Below are positions 36,788 through 50,900 of a stretch of DNA of 64,000 nucleotides, one piece after another. Position 1 is the first letter of the stretch. Each line of letters starts with the position of its first letter. The translations under genes and the position numbers were made by a program. This DNA comes from Mytilus trossulus (Eukaryota): NCBI RefSeq assembly GCF_036588685.1, contig NC_086378.1:60078001-60142000 (forward strand). The letters are read 5' to 3'. Below the pieces are notes generated by a model. That model was not told the origin of the DNA. It saw only the letters and a program-made list of their open reading frames with translations, and made no database searches.

Positions 36788-37962
36788 TACATGTTTTGTC
36801 AGTGATACATGTTTTATGTCACATATACGTAAAACAAAAACTCTTTATTCGTCTACAATGTTTCAAATAAATTTTTGATAATAAAAACTGATATATTTCT
36901 TTACTCGGAAGTGGCCTATAATCAGATTAATTCCTACATTATTGGTATAAATAAAACTTATACAGAACATAGTATTACCTTTTTAGCATTAAAAAGGAGA
37001 AGTGCAACGATAGCAAATGGTAAAACTATCAATATTTGATAAAAGATTATATTATTATAAACAGTCATTGTATGACCTTCAACAGCGAGCAAAACGAATA
37101 CTACAGAGTAAGCTATTAAAGACACCGGGATGAGAGATATACAACAGTCCATAGACAAAACCTACTGTCTAGTTTATATTTAAAATAAATGAAACCCAAT
37201 TCTAGCAGAAAGCAACCACCGGCAACCAGTGAAATGTAGGCTCTTGTCTTTGGACAGACACACAATGAATGCTAAATGCTTATCATGTGGTTGAGCGCTC
37301 ACCCCTCTCCCTTACCTGATACAATGGTTGAACAACACGACATAAGGACAACATTTTCACATCAGTTGACAATGCTTGACTCATCAAGATATGCATTGCA
37401 AAAGCTTAGACAAATTCATATTGAGATAAGAAGTTGTGGTATGATTGCCAATGAGACAATCTTCACCAGAGACCTAATGATGTACAAGTACATGTAAACA
37501 ACTTTGGGTCATTGTACGGCCAACCGTAAAAAAAAATCAAATGAAAAAACTAACGTTTTGATTTATGTACAAATTAAAACAATGAACAAAAATAGATATC
37601 ATGAACAAGAAAAAAAAGTAAAATCACAAAAATACTGAATTCTGTGGAAAATTCAGATCGGAAAGTCTCTTATTACATGTAACAAATGGAAAAATCAAAA
37701 GACTAAACACATCAAACGAATGGACAACAAGTGTCATATTCCTGACTTGGTACAGGCATTTTCATATGCAGAAAATGATGGATTAAATCTGGTTTTAAAG
37801 CTAGCTTAACCTCTCACCTGTATGACGGTCGTATAATATTCCATTATATTGATAACCATGGGTGAACAAAACAAACGGATATAATGTAAAAAAAACTTAC
37901 AAACGATAACCACTGAATTTGAGGCTCCTGACTTGAAACAGGTACACATGTGTGCCGTGGTT

Positions 37963-38343
37963 AAACATGTTTGACAGCGCAAACACTCCCCTCACCTAGG
38001 ACAATGGTTCAACGGCACAATAAAAGAATAATTACACTAACAATAAAACAAGAAAATATATGGGAAGCAGCTTTAAACGACAACCTCTGAATTACAGACT
38101 CCTGACTTGAGCGAAGACACATATGTTTGTAAGCGCCCTGCTTTCACATAGACAAACATGTTTGACAGCGCAAACACTCCCCTCACCTAGGACAATGGTG
38201 CAACTGCACAACACAAGAATAATTACACAAACAATAAAACAAGAAAAATATATGGGAAGCAGCTTTAAACGACAACCTCTGAATTACAGACTCCTGACTT
38301 GAGCGGAGACACATATGTTTGTGAGCGCCCTGCTTTCACATAG
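37963..38343 (+). repeat. Local tandem duplication, ~192-bp period, of an interspersed-repeat fragment
   Basis: AAACATGTTTGACAGCGCAAACACTCCCCTCACCTAGGACAATGGT at 37963 and 38154; TATATGGGAAGCAGCTTTAAACGACAACCTCTGAATTACAGACTCCTGACTTGAGCG occurs twice. Confidence 0.85.
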
Positions 38344-38826
38344 CCTGGAGGAACAAAATTGCAGCAAAATATATGAAAAGCTATAAAAATCAGTTGAAAA
38401 GAGATTATCCGATTCAAACAAAACAGTGATTGGTATTAATTTACTGATTACAAAATCAATTCCTATTATGTTTATTGAAATCCAAAACGTCATGCACTAG
38501 AATTATCATGGACGGGTTTGTGATATATAAACAATCAGAATATTTTTATAAAAGTTTACGGAAGTCGACAGACGATGCATGCCAAATGATGAGAAAGGCC
38601 ACTTGGTCAAAGGTTAGGTGAGATAAATATTTAGCATCTGTCACAATATAAATAGAGTTGATCATCGATATGAATCCAGGAAGTAAGAAGCTATTCTATA
38701 CTGGGTATTTAAATACAAAATTATATATATAGTACATGTATTACACTTATTCATTATAGATAGTTCGAAGTCTCAGGTGTAATTCAAACAAACCTTTAAA
38801 TCTTTTAAAATTTTCTAACTTTTAAC

Positions 38827-38861
38827 GCGGAAGTTTTCCACAAGGAAGTACTAGTTATAAA
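38827..38861 (+). promoter_or_regulatory. Proximal promoter of BPI/LBP paralog 2 (kB-like/ETS + ETS + TATA)
   Basis: GCGGAAGTTTTCC 38827-38839, CAAGGAAGTA 38841-38850, TATAAA 38856-38861; a further CAGGAAGT at 38677-38684. Confidence 0.55.
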
Positions 38862-38913
38862 CTAAACTTATAATCATTTCCTCTCAAATAGTGAAGTGAA
38901 AAGGTGGGATAAA

Positions 38914-41900
38914 ATGTGGCTTTTCGTCTCTGTACATGTATTGTGTGTTTTATTTTCTACTATTCTGGCCACAAATCCAGGATTCAGATTACGAATAACA
39001 GAAGATGGACTTAACTACGGTATGTTTAATTATTTGTATTAAATGACACAAGTATGTCAACAGTCAAACTGTAAGTAATTGCGATCTTATAACATTATCT
39101 GTGTATGCCGAAAGAAGGTGTCATACATCTGTATGTCACAAAATTTAAAAGAAGCGGAAATAAACAATCTCAAACAGTTGAGTGACCACTTTTGCTGACT
39201 TGATTGTTCCTACTTCTAATTAGAACTTGATGCAATATTGGTAATTTTATTCATTTTCTAACACCAACACGTTGTGATTGGCAATATGGCTGTCAATACC
39301 CAAAACAACTGAAATCCAACAAACGAGTTTAAATCAGCTTAGTATAAGCTTGCCCTTAAAAATAATGTATTAGTATTCTATTTCAGCGAAATGAACACCA
39401 CACTAAACTCCGAAACAAATGAATAAACTAATTTAAAAAAAAAACGCAAAAGACTCACAAAGGTTTGAGGTTCCTGATTTTGGCGCAAAAGAGCTTGGGG
39501 TATAAACTCAAGCGTTGTAGATTTGTTTTTTTACATTTTCAGCGTTTGGCTTTACATCTACAGCGCTAGAAATTATCTTCGTATTGCCCTTCAAACTCAC
39601 AAATCTTTATCTATATGATACCAACTACGGGGCGCCGAATGGGACTCTTGTGATTTTGTACTCAAAATTCAATTTTGTACGGACAAAAGTGACTTTTGTT
39701 CAACAAAAATGAGTTCAGTTTAACAAAATTTGTATCATACTACAAATTTGAAATTTTGTCATACAAAATTATCTATCAGCGGACAAAAGTCACTTTTGTC
39801 ATGACAAAATTCATTTTTGTTACACAGACTTGACTTTTGTTACCTAATTTGAAAATTGAGCGACAAAAGTCAATTTTGTATTTAAATTAGTTTAGTTCGG
39901 TTTCTGTGAACTAATTTGCATACAAAATCGACTTTTGTTACACAAAATTGACTTTTGTTACACAAAAATTACTTTTGTTACACAAAATTGACTTTTGTTA
40001 CACAAAATTGACTTTTGTTACACAAAATTGACTTTTGTTACACAAAATTGACTTTTGTTACACAAAATTGACTTTTGTGAGACAAAATTGACAAAATTGA
40101 CTTTTGTCTCAACAAAATTGACAAAATTGACTTTTGTCTCAACAAAATTGACAAAATTGAATTTTGTCTCAACAAAATTGACAAAATTGAATTTTGTCTC
40201 AACAAAATTAACAAAATTGAATTTTGTCTCAACAAAATTAACAAAATTGAATTTTGTCTCAACAAAATTAACAAAATTGAATTTTGTCTCAACAAAATTG
40301 ATTTTTGTCTCACGAAAGTCAATTTTGTCTCACGAAAGTCAATTTTGTCTCACGAAAGTCAATTTTGTCTCATAAAAGTCAATTTTGTTGTTACAAAATT
40401 GAATTTTGTCATCACAAAAATGAATTTTGTCGTCACAAAATTGACTTTTGTCTCAACAAAATTGACAAAATTGACTTTTGTCTCAACAAAATTGACAAAA
40501 TTGACTTTTGTCTCAACAAAATTAACAAAATTGACTTTTGTCTCAACAAAATTGACAAAATTGACTTTTGTCTCAACAAAATTAACAAAATTGACTTTTG
40601 TCTCAACAAAAATGACAAAATTGAATTTTGTCTCAACAAAAATGACAAAATTGAATTTTGTCTCAACAAAAATGACAAAATTGAATTTTGTCTCACAAAA
40701 GTCAATTTTGTCTCACAAAAGTCAATTTTGTCTCACAAAAGTCAATTTTGTCTCACAAAAGTCAATTTTGTCTCACAAAAGTCAATTTTGTCTCACAAAA
40801 GTCAATTTTGTCTCACAAAAGTCAATTTTGTCTCACAAAAGTTAATTTTGTTTCACAAAAGTCAATTTTGTCTCACAAAATTGAATCTTACCGTACACAA
40901 TTGACTTTTGTGATTTAATTTCCATATCAGGTAACAAAAGTCAATTTTGTATGCAAATATGTTTATATTTGCATACCTTTAAGACAAAATTGACTTTTGT
41001 CATGACAAATATGAATTTTGTCTACAAAAATGAATTTTGTCATGACAAAAATGAATTTTGTCTACACAAATGAATTTTGTCATCACAAAATTGAAGTTCT
41101 CACAAAAAAAAGTCTGTAGCACATAGTTTTGTAAGACAAAAATGATTTTGTTATGACAGAATTGAATTTTGTACAAAACCACAAGAGTCCCATTCGGCGC
41201 CCCGTACCAACAGGCCTTCGTAACATTCAGATATACCCAAACAGTTGTATCAACGGATACAATATAAGTATCTGATATTGCACAAATTAAATCCAACAAA
41301 CCAATTTTGTTCATAAAAAATAAGCATGATAAGTTGGTTGAATTCAATTGAATATTTTAGCCAATCAAGTAGCAGTAGATTTAGTTACAAAGAAAGTAAA
41401 GACAACTAAATTACCGGATCAAAGTGGAGATGGAAAAAATGTTAAATATTCTCTTACCAAGTGAGTCAAAGTTATATTTAGCAGAATTATTTAAAAGTGT
41501 CAAATATGATAAGTGACACGCAGAACAGTTTATTTTTATATTTTTTAAATATATCCTTAGCAAAGGACTTGGTTTTACTTTATCAAGTACCTTAAGATTG
41601 GATGGTAGGTTATCAAAGTTATCGCCTTCACAGATAATCATATACACTTCCTACAAAATCTTGGACAAACATTCCTGAAGATGTGTCAATGCAATATAAA
41701 GGAGAAATCAAAATTAATAAACACCAAGTTCTCTTCCGCTACGAGAGATGGAATTTTAAATATCTTTTTTTTTCAAGCCAAAATCAGTATTTATAATTTG
41801 TTTTATATAACAAAGAAAACAAACCTTACGAGAAAGGCAACTTCACATGTACAAATATATAGACTTAATACATGTGCATACATTAAACGTGTTATAATGC

Positions 41901-44900
41901 TTAATATTTACAAATAACTGTTTTTAATTACTATAGTATACACGCAATTCAGTGGCGGATCCAGAGAGGGGGAGGGGGGGTCCGGGGGTTGGAACCCCCT
42001 TTTTTTGCCGATCTATGCATTTGAATGGGACATATAGTTGGAGCCCCCCTTTTATCCTGGGTTGGGAACCCGTCCCCTTCTTAAATGGCTGGATCCGCCC
42101 CTGCAATTATAATTTGATTGTCTTCTGTTGTGCTCTAGCTTTTTGGATTTGGATTTTTCTATTTTTTCTATTTTTATTATTCTTGTTTTGCACAATTATC
42201 AAATATGATCTAATAATAAAATGATGTTTTAATAGCTTGGATATACGGAATTTTCAACCACCTAGAAGCAGTATAACATTGGCTTCAGAGAGCGACTTAC
42301 AGTGGAAAGCAACAAATCTAGCACTGGAAATTGATGGAAAGTTTCATTACAAATACAAAAAAGGATTGTAAGAAATTTATCTTCTAATATAATTGGTAAC
42401 GTGGATTTTGCTCAAAATGTTTAGCCTACTTCAACGAAAATATCTGACGGATAATTTACAAGTGTACTTTAAATAGCATAAAATTTATAACAAAATAAAT
42501 TACAAAAACGAATATGACAGACCTGAACCAAATTAAATGACAACAATAAACTAGGGCTACTAACTTGGGACAGGCCCATTAGAATTTGGTTTGGATCATA
42601 AGCATGTTTGAAAATGCCCAACCTTCCCTAACATAGGTGTAACAGTAGAACATAAAACATACTGTAAATATCGGCTGAAAAAAAAATAACTCATCAGATA
42701 AAAAGTACAAAACACATAATAAAATGTATTCATGACAATAACTTTTATCAGATAAATGTACAGATGCACCTTAAAAAGAAGGGAAATAATTCTGCCTACA
42801 ATTGGATTAATAATTCATCAGAAAGAACGAAACAAAGAAAAATACTTGTAGTTTAAAATAAATCTTAAAAATAAAGCACAAACAACATAAACATTGCATG
42901 TAAATGCTACTTTTACAAGTATACATCGACATTTGTTGAAGAGTTTAAGAGAAGACCACCTGAACAACTTTTCATTGTATATTAATTTTGCTGATTCCGA
43001 CTATATCAATGTTTAACATTTATTTTTATGGGAAACCTCTTCAAACTTTCCTCTGAGACACACCGAGCTATTGACTGTGATAGCCATGACTTGGCACATG
43101 CACTTGTGAGTGAACAAAGTGCTTATAATCTTTTTTTTCTTCATAGCATTAGGTTTTCTGGTGGTGGAAGTGTCAACGTTAAGTTTTCTGATATCTCATT
43201 CAGTGTTGGAGTCAATTTAGGTAAGAATTTCATGTATCAATAATTACACTAGCTGTATGTTTCATTATAATACGTTATTCTGATTGGCTAATTATAACTG
43301 CACATCACGTGTTATTCTTTTAGCAATTGCATTAAACAATAAAACTTATCATCCATGATGACATGAGGTCCCATAAAAAAGTGCACAGGTAAATTAAATA
43401 AAAACTTGATGTAAATCGTGTTTTCATGATTCTAACTAAAAATGTAATTATAAGTATTAAATGCTTCTTGTTGGAACTTCATAAAGTAAAAGCGTTGTCC
43501 GCGCTTCATACAAAATGAACTTCGGTCAACGCTTTTGTTCGCAAATATCACAAATCATCAAAAGGACATTTAGAGCAGCTAAGAATGTGTAGGATGTATA
43601 AAACAAACACGTGATAAAGGTATTTTGGGATATGATAAATTGGAAAGGGGTTACGAGTATATTGATATCAAACTTTCGTTTAACATCATGAACATATTAA
43701 GCAGTATCGCTATTTAGTTCATTTTTCAGTTGATCTTTTTTTGTGATTATTCTTCATTTCATGCTACTCACTTGAGATGGAAAATTATCGCTAGTCAATT
43801 AGCAGACACGTGGCGTTGCTAACGAAATTGACATGTGAAGTTAACAACGTCGTCACAGGTAAAATAGCGATAAACAGATTATCATTGATTATCTCAACTC
43901 GATTGCCTTTCTCGCTTTCGCCATCCCGGCTCAAGCGAGAAAATTGATCTCATTGATTTACATATGTAAGTATCGTTAAATCCCTTTTCTATAGACATTT
44001 TTTATTCTATAAATAATTTGTAACAGTGCATAAGTGTTTATGTTTCACATTGTATTAGGTCGCGTGTCATGCATGCAATGAAAGAAAAATCGCAATTCTC
44101 ACATGCTACCATTATATAAGACGTATTTATTCTTGTATTGTTTTAAGGCACTGATGGTAGCGGAAAGCCAACAATAAAAGCTGGCAAATGCTCTTGCGAT
44201 AGTGGTCCAGTAAAAGTAAAATTTAGAGGTGGTTTGGCATGGATATACAATCTGTTCTCTGGGAAGGTTGGAAAAATTATTGCCAGTCAGTTTCAGAGTA
44301 AAGTAAGTAAATGCTGGCATCTAAAGCAACTATTTTATGATATCACTAATAATTATATGAAACTGCTTAAAAAATATGTTTTAAACAGAATGAGCAGTTT
44401 ACGTTTTGATATCAAGTTATTTTAGATTATTCTATGACCAAAAGGGTCGTATGAAAACGAGAGACAACTCTCATTTCCTTATACATGTAACTTCTTACGT
44501 ATTCCGTGGAATATTGTTTAGCTTGCGTATTTTTGTCTTTCATTATGAGGCTAGCTATAAAATTCGTACCATAAAATAAATATCTGTATTATAAACATAT
44601 TAAGCTGATACATGTAACAACATTTGTAGATGTGTGGTATAATACAAGATCTTATCGACAAGAATGCACAAGAAAGTCTATCGACTATTAAAGGTAACAT
44701 GTTTTTTTATGCGAATATATATTCAATGTCAGTATCTAGTGGTGATATCCACAATGATAACCAGTTATAATAGTAAAATAAAAACATTTTTCCAGGGGAC
44801 ATATGTCAACGAAACAAAACAAAACACAACAACAAACGACCATGTATCCACCGTGCAGGATTATCTAAAAAAAATATATCCCCTTAAAAATTTAGTTGCG

Positions 44901-47900
44901 TTCGATTAATAAGTTTGATAACAATTTTTTTTACCGACGACGAAGAACATTTAACTGTTTAATATGTTTGTGGCAAAAGTTTATCGTGACGGCTCAAAAT
45001 GAAGACAAATATTATGTATAGCGATTTTATATTTATACTGTCAATATTTCAGAGGGCCTTTGTGACCGAGTGGTCTAAGTAGTAACTACTGCAATCACAA
45101 GCCAGTCAAGACTGCGGTTGTGAGTTCAGACCCCGCTTGTGCAGTGCACTCGAATCCACTTTGAATTGACTAGGATTATCAGTTTTCCTATCGAAGGACG
45201 GTGATTTTCACCGGGCACTCCCTACTTCCTCTACCAATTAAAGTGGCTGCCACGAAATAGCCCAAAAGCGGTGTTTAAAAGTGGCGTTAAAATACCAAAA
45301 ATCAAAAACATCAAATCAATATTCTATTCTTGAAAATTATCATATCTATCGTCGTTTTCGAAACTAGCCATTGAATATAAACGAAATCGAATAATGGCTA
45401 AAAGCCCGATATCCTTACCCTACCGGCAGGACGTTTTTGAATTCATCGGTGTATTGTTTTTTTTTTACGTCTAGTGGAATGAACAGTATGCATATCAAGA
45501 ACAATAAAGTAGCCTAATCAGGATAAAGAGTAAGATTATCGACAACAATTGGAAAACGAGTAAATGCTTGATAGGAATATACTTTTGTCTTTCCTGCCAG
45601 CTACATAATGCACGGTTCTTAAAGTATGCTACAATTCTCATTTATCGAATTATGGCACTATAAGATGCAGTGTATCTAACTTTCTCATTTGAACCAGTTG
45701 TTTCTCTTAAGCATGTCTTAGTATAGACTTCCAGATAGGAAAAGTCAAGGGATCTCGCATATATTCCAATACCACCATCAACCCTAATGGTGTTCATACG
45801 ATTATAGCTGAGCGTTCATCTTATGCTAGTTTTAACATATATGTTACATTGCCTTTTTATTTATAGTGGAGGTACAGCTTGGAGAATTCCTAACATTAGA
45901 CTATAGACTTCTTGCAGCACCAACTGTTACTTCTGAATATATTGAAGCTGATTTGAAAGTAAGTTTTATAATAATTAATGTTTTTAAACCAATTAAAAAG
46001 GACTTGAATAATAAGTGCAGTAAAGAACTTTTGTTTAATTTCTATACGCAACAATAGATACGATAACACAAGCCCATAAAATGTACAATACAATAAAAAA
46101 AAAAACACCACATAGAACACCATTACTTAAAGAAGGCGACAAAGATAAGTGTACAGAATAAAAAAAGCAGCACACAACAAAACCCCTCAAAAACCAGGTA
46201 AATACAAGGCTCCAGAAGGGTAAGACAGTACCTGCTCTATTATGTTACAAGTTGATCATCAACCAGTATTCCCTTTTCCTGCTTTCTGTTTTTTAATAAT
46301 TTTTTTTATAAAGCATGACGAACTGTGTATTTTCATTTGATTCTCAAAGGCGTGTCCGGACTGAAGCTTGCTGGATGGAAGCTGACGCTATAGAGCACTT
46401 AATTTATATCATACTTATCTGTTATATATGTCAAGGCTCATCGAAGGTTCGTTATAAAGTCATTAATTGATCGATTTATAATTTATAATTTATTTTTTTT
46501 CGATTCTAGGGAGAAATATTTTGGAAGAGTGATAAATCTGAAGCACCGTTTGCGCCCCCTGCCATGGCAACAGTTACAGACAACAAGAAGATGGTGTATA
46601 TCACACTATCAGAATATATCTTTAATACCATGACTTACCAGGCACACAAACACAACATACTGGTGTTTAACCTGACGTCACAGAACGTACGTATTGAAAC
46701 TGTTTCTTGTAGATTGTGTATTTGATATCAAATAATGCTTATGTCATTATAAATTGAGGCGACAGTAGTTTACCTATGTTATTTTTTTTCAAATACAAAT
46801 GAGACGGTGTAGCACACACATACCGAGGGAGATCAATGTTAGTAGTCTGGGGTTTCCTGCTTCACATAGAAATTAAACAAAATTGTTGGCGTGTAGATAA
46901 GTCTATCATTCTAAAATGTATACCGTACGTGTATGTCATGGGGCTGTTATCTTCTTTTATTATTTCGTGTAATTTAGTATATTTGCTTGTCTCTATTTTG
47001 AAGATCACCTGACGTCACCCTCAATTTTTTGTGGGGTTCGTGATGTTCTGTCTTTAGTTTTTTGTGTACTATTTTTTGTCTGTTTGTCTTTTTTATTTTT
47101 AACCATGCCGTTGTCAGTTTATTTTCGATTTATGTGTTTGACTTTCCCTCTGGTACATGTATCTTTCACCACTCTTTTCGACTGTTTAATTTGTACGACG
47201 CATTCACCAATGCATTGATAAAAACATCTTTAGAATATTCATTTGCATGTTAGTTTATACACGTTGTGATTACTGACATTTCTGTGTAGGTGGTAATGAT
47301 TGTGCAATATGTTTGCAATTTTTATTTCACATGTTTTCGTCCTTAAAGATTATTATTCAATGTGTTTCGTGCACTGATAAAAAGGCAACTTGAAGCAGTT
47401 CCTTTATTTTGTCTTCATTCTGAAATTGCAAATTTGTTTTCCCTTTTGTCTGTTCAACTAATCCCATCAGTACGACCGTCTTCGATAAATGGTATTAAGG
47501 ATGTTCGCTGCTCAGTTTCAAAATAAAGAACTTTTCATCAACTAGTATGTATTGAAAGGGAATAAATTGAGGAATAGAAAAAGCCAAACAAAAAAATAGG
47601 GGTCCATGTGCTTGTTTTCGAAATATCATCCATTGGAATTTTGGCAGGAAAATGTTCTCTCTTGATTTTCCATAGATTTATCATTGACCAGTTAAAGGTC
47701 TCAAGTGCTATTGAAAAATAAATAAAATTTTATAAGACTTTTACAAATGACTTATCATTATACATGTAAAAGATTTATAAAAAAAATTAAAATAGGACTT
47801 CATGGGGAAATGGCATTCAAATGGATAAACCAGAGGATTCCGAAAATCTGACAAAAAATCCAAATCATGACAAGGTGACATCCTTAAGTGATAATCACAA

Positions 47901-50900
47901 TTATTATTAGAATTCTTTAATTGTCCAGAACAAATGTATTTGTGTTCATGTTCGGAAGAGTATCTGCAAATCCATTCCATCCAGTAATGATACGTCTACA
48001 AAGTAAAAAAATAATAGAAGTTTGATTTTGAATTTAATAAAGTGAAAAACTAATAGTTTTAAGTTTACGAATCATAATTTTGTTATTGAAAATTCGATTT
48101 TCAGATCAAATCTAAGGATGACGCACTTAACACAACCTGTACGGAAATTTGTATTGGTAAACTTATTCCACAGGTAAGCCACAAATACATGATGATTTAA
48201 TTTTTGTTTAGGAACTGTTTTCCTAAAGAAATATACCATGCAAAATGTAATGTGACTATTCCGTAACAGTGTCATTAGCAAAATAAATAAATTGAACTGC
48301 AAACTAATAAAAATGTTTTTTTGGCGGGACAAAGAGTTCTCTTGGGTATTCACATAAACTTTGAAGGAAGAAAAGAAGGTTCAGATGTTGGTAAAGTGTA
48401 ATAAATATATGATAAATTCCAAATGTTTGTTTTCTTTTCAATTTTTTCTTCTATATTGAATAGAAATAATAATGCAGTTCGCTTCATTCTCTAGGAACAA
48501 CAATTTATAAGGATAATTTAAAATCAAAACAGAAACCCTTCATTCCTCATCAACTTAACTATCGCGAACAAAAATCGAAATTCAGGTTCTTCCAAAGTAA
48601 TCAGTTGTTGACAAGTTAATTGAAGTTATTTCGCCAAATAATATATATCTGCTTTATTCAATGAACAAATATCAAATACAATATTGTAAAGTCATTTGTT
48701 AGAACGATTGCAACCAGTAACACGTTATCAGTGTTACAAGCTCATAACTTTTAAAAGAGGAATTGCTAAAATTGCGATAAATAAAATGTTCTGTCGAAAT
48801 AATTCATTTTGTAAATATTACAATGTCTTCTTTTTTTGAAATCCAAGACATAATTGTAAATTTTCAAGATAGAGCTAATAAACTATTATTGTCGGTAATC
48901 GTTGTTTGTTATATGTTTTTCCTCTTGTTAATTGTCAAATGTATCACGTGCTTGTTCACTGCAGATTGGGAAATCATTTCCAAACAGTCAAGTAGAGCTT
49001 CACATGAAAAGTTCAAAACCACCGGTAACCAGAATAACTGATGGTAATTTAGGGGTTGCAGCACAAGGAGACATCGATCTGTATGCTAGAAAACCAGATA
49101 AAACTCTGCATCATTTATTCCAAATTGCTGGGGTACATATAATATCTATATACATTTTACAATTCTATGTTAATCAAAACTATCTCCTTCATATTTGAAA
49201 AATAAAAATCAAAGGAAATTTATAAATATGACCCTACAATTGATATTCATAACACCGACGTTTTACAAGTGTGCTATTTTTTTTTCTCATTGTGTGATTT
49301 TAATTCACAAGGTTCACAGCTTATACTATAGAATTTATTAACGATTGTTTTTTTTATATATATTATTATGAGAATTATTAAGTGTCTTGTTCTTATTCAG
49401 ACTGGGTCAATAGCTGTAACACTAACGATAAATGAAACAGTCATTCATGGATCTGTGGAGGATATGAAGTATGTAATAGCTTATCAAATATGGTATAACT
49501 TTATTCTACAAATTAAACTATTCTCTGTTTTGTTGTATGTTGTTGGGTTATTGTGGCATTGTTGTATTTACAATGAGAAAACAATAATATATCGTAATTA
49601 TGACCATGTCACGCTTCAGTTTTGTGTCACGTTACAGTCATACTATCATCATCAAAGAAATTAAGTTTGGGCGTTAAGAAGAGCAACAAACCGTATTGCA
49701 TGAGCATGAGATAAAAGATAACGAAGCGGTAATAATAATTTAACATAAAAAAATGCCAATAACATGTTTTACAATTATTGATTTAAAAATTGATTTTAAA
49801 ACTGTATGAATTAGACCATATAATCTACAGTTTTATGCAGGTACTGAATGGTGTAGTCACATAAATAGAACCTTAACAATGAGAAAACGATGTCCACTAA
49901 TCAATTGTTTGCTCCTAAACGTCCAGTTTTAAATATTTCATATTATTCAGGTAATGAATAAGTAATCCATAAAAACATTTTTAGATTTTAGCTAGTAATA
50001 TTCTTTCAGCATTATACCATCTACGTTTTCAAAGTTTATGCAATAAAGGCAACATTAGTATACCGCCTACCGGTGTTCAAAAGTCATAAATCGAGTGAGA
50101 GAAAAAAAATTAACGATAGTGCAATACTTGTTTACGTGCGGATAGCTTGCAACGTTGCCTGCATGTACCGTGGCGTAGGATTTAACATCTACTTTCTGGT
50201 CGGTCAGCGAAACTTGTATGCTTGCCTTCTTTATTCAAAGCCGAGGTATTGCCTTATACTGGTATGAATAGTCAAAGGGATGGCCGCATGTCTATATCCA
50301 GTAAATCATTAGGGCTTGTTACTTCATTAAATAAATATCTGAAAAATAAGTTCCATTTCATCAATATGGTAAGGTAAAAAAAAACTGTGGCGATCTTAGA
50401 TTACCTGGAAGTATAAGTAGATTCTTCTAAAATACCTGTGCATTTGAAAATGCCTGTACCAAGTCAGAAATATGACAGTTCTTGTCCATTCGTTTTTGAT
50501 GCGTTTTGTTATTTGATTTTGCCATGTGATTATGGACTTTCCGAATTGATTTTCCTCTGAGTTCAGTATTTTTGTGACTTTATCTTATACCAAAAACGAA
50601 GCATTACAGCAATTTGTTACACGTCAATAAGAATACATCCTATATTAATTATTTTCTCATTCAAAAAGCAAATATGGAAGGCTTCTGATAAAATGAATAG
50701 TATTTATAACTTAAAAACAAGAAATATATATTCTCATATAAAATGATAACAGGAAAGAGTGATTGAAAATTCTCCTTTGAAAGCTTTATAAAACTATTTG
50801 ATGCATCTTTAAATTCTGTACATGGGTGTAAAGATTTATACCTGCTAGATAGTTAATTTTATTTATTTTATATCTTTTCGTTGTTTACAGAATAAAGTTA

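Noticed and set aside
40038-40918. Overlapping repetitive ORFs (KLTKLTFVST, KIDKIDFCLN, LLRQNSIL repeats) as repeat-protein genes
   Set aside because: They are translations of a stop-poor satellite inside a TIR-bounded element in an intron, open in several frames on both strands, with no splice or promoter support.
45052-45140. tRNA gene
   Set aside because: A and B boxes are present but there is no convincing cloverleaf, and it continues into a SINE core and tail.
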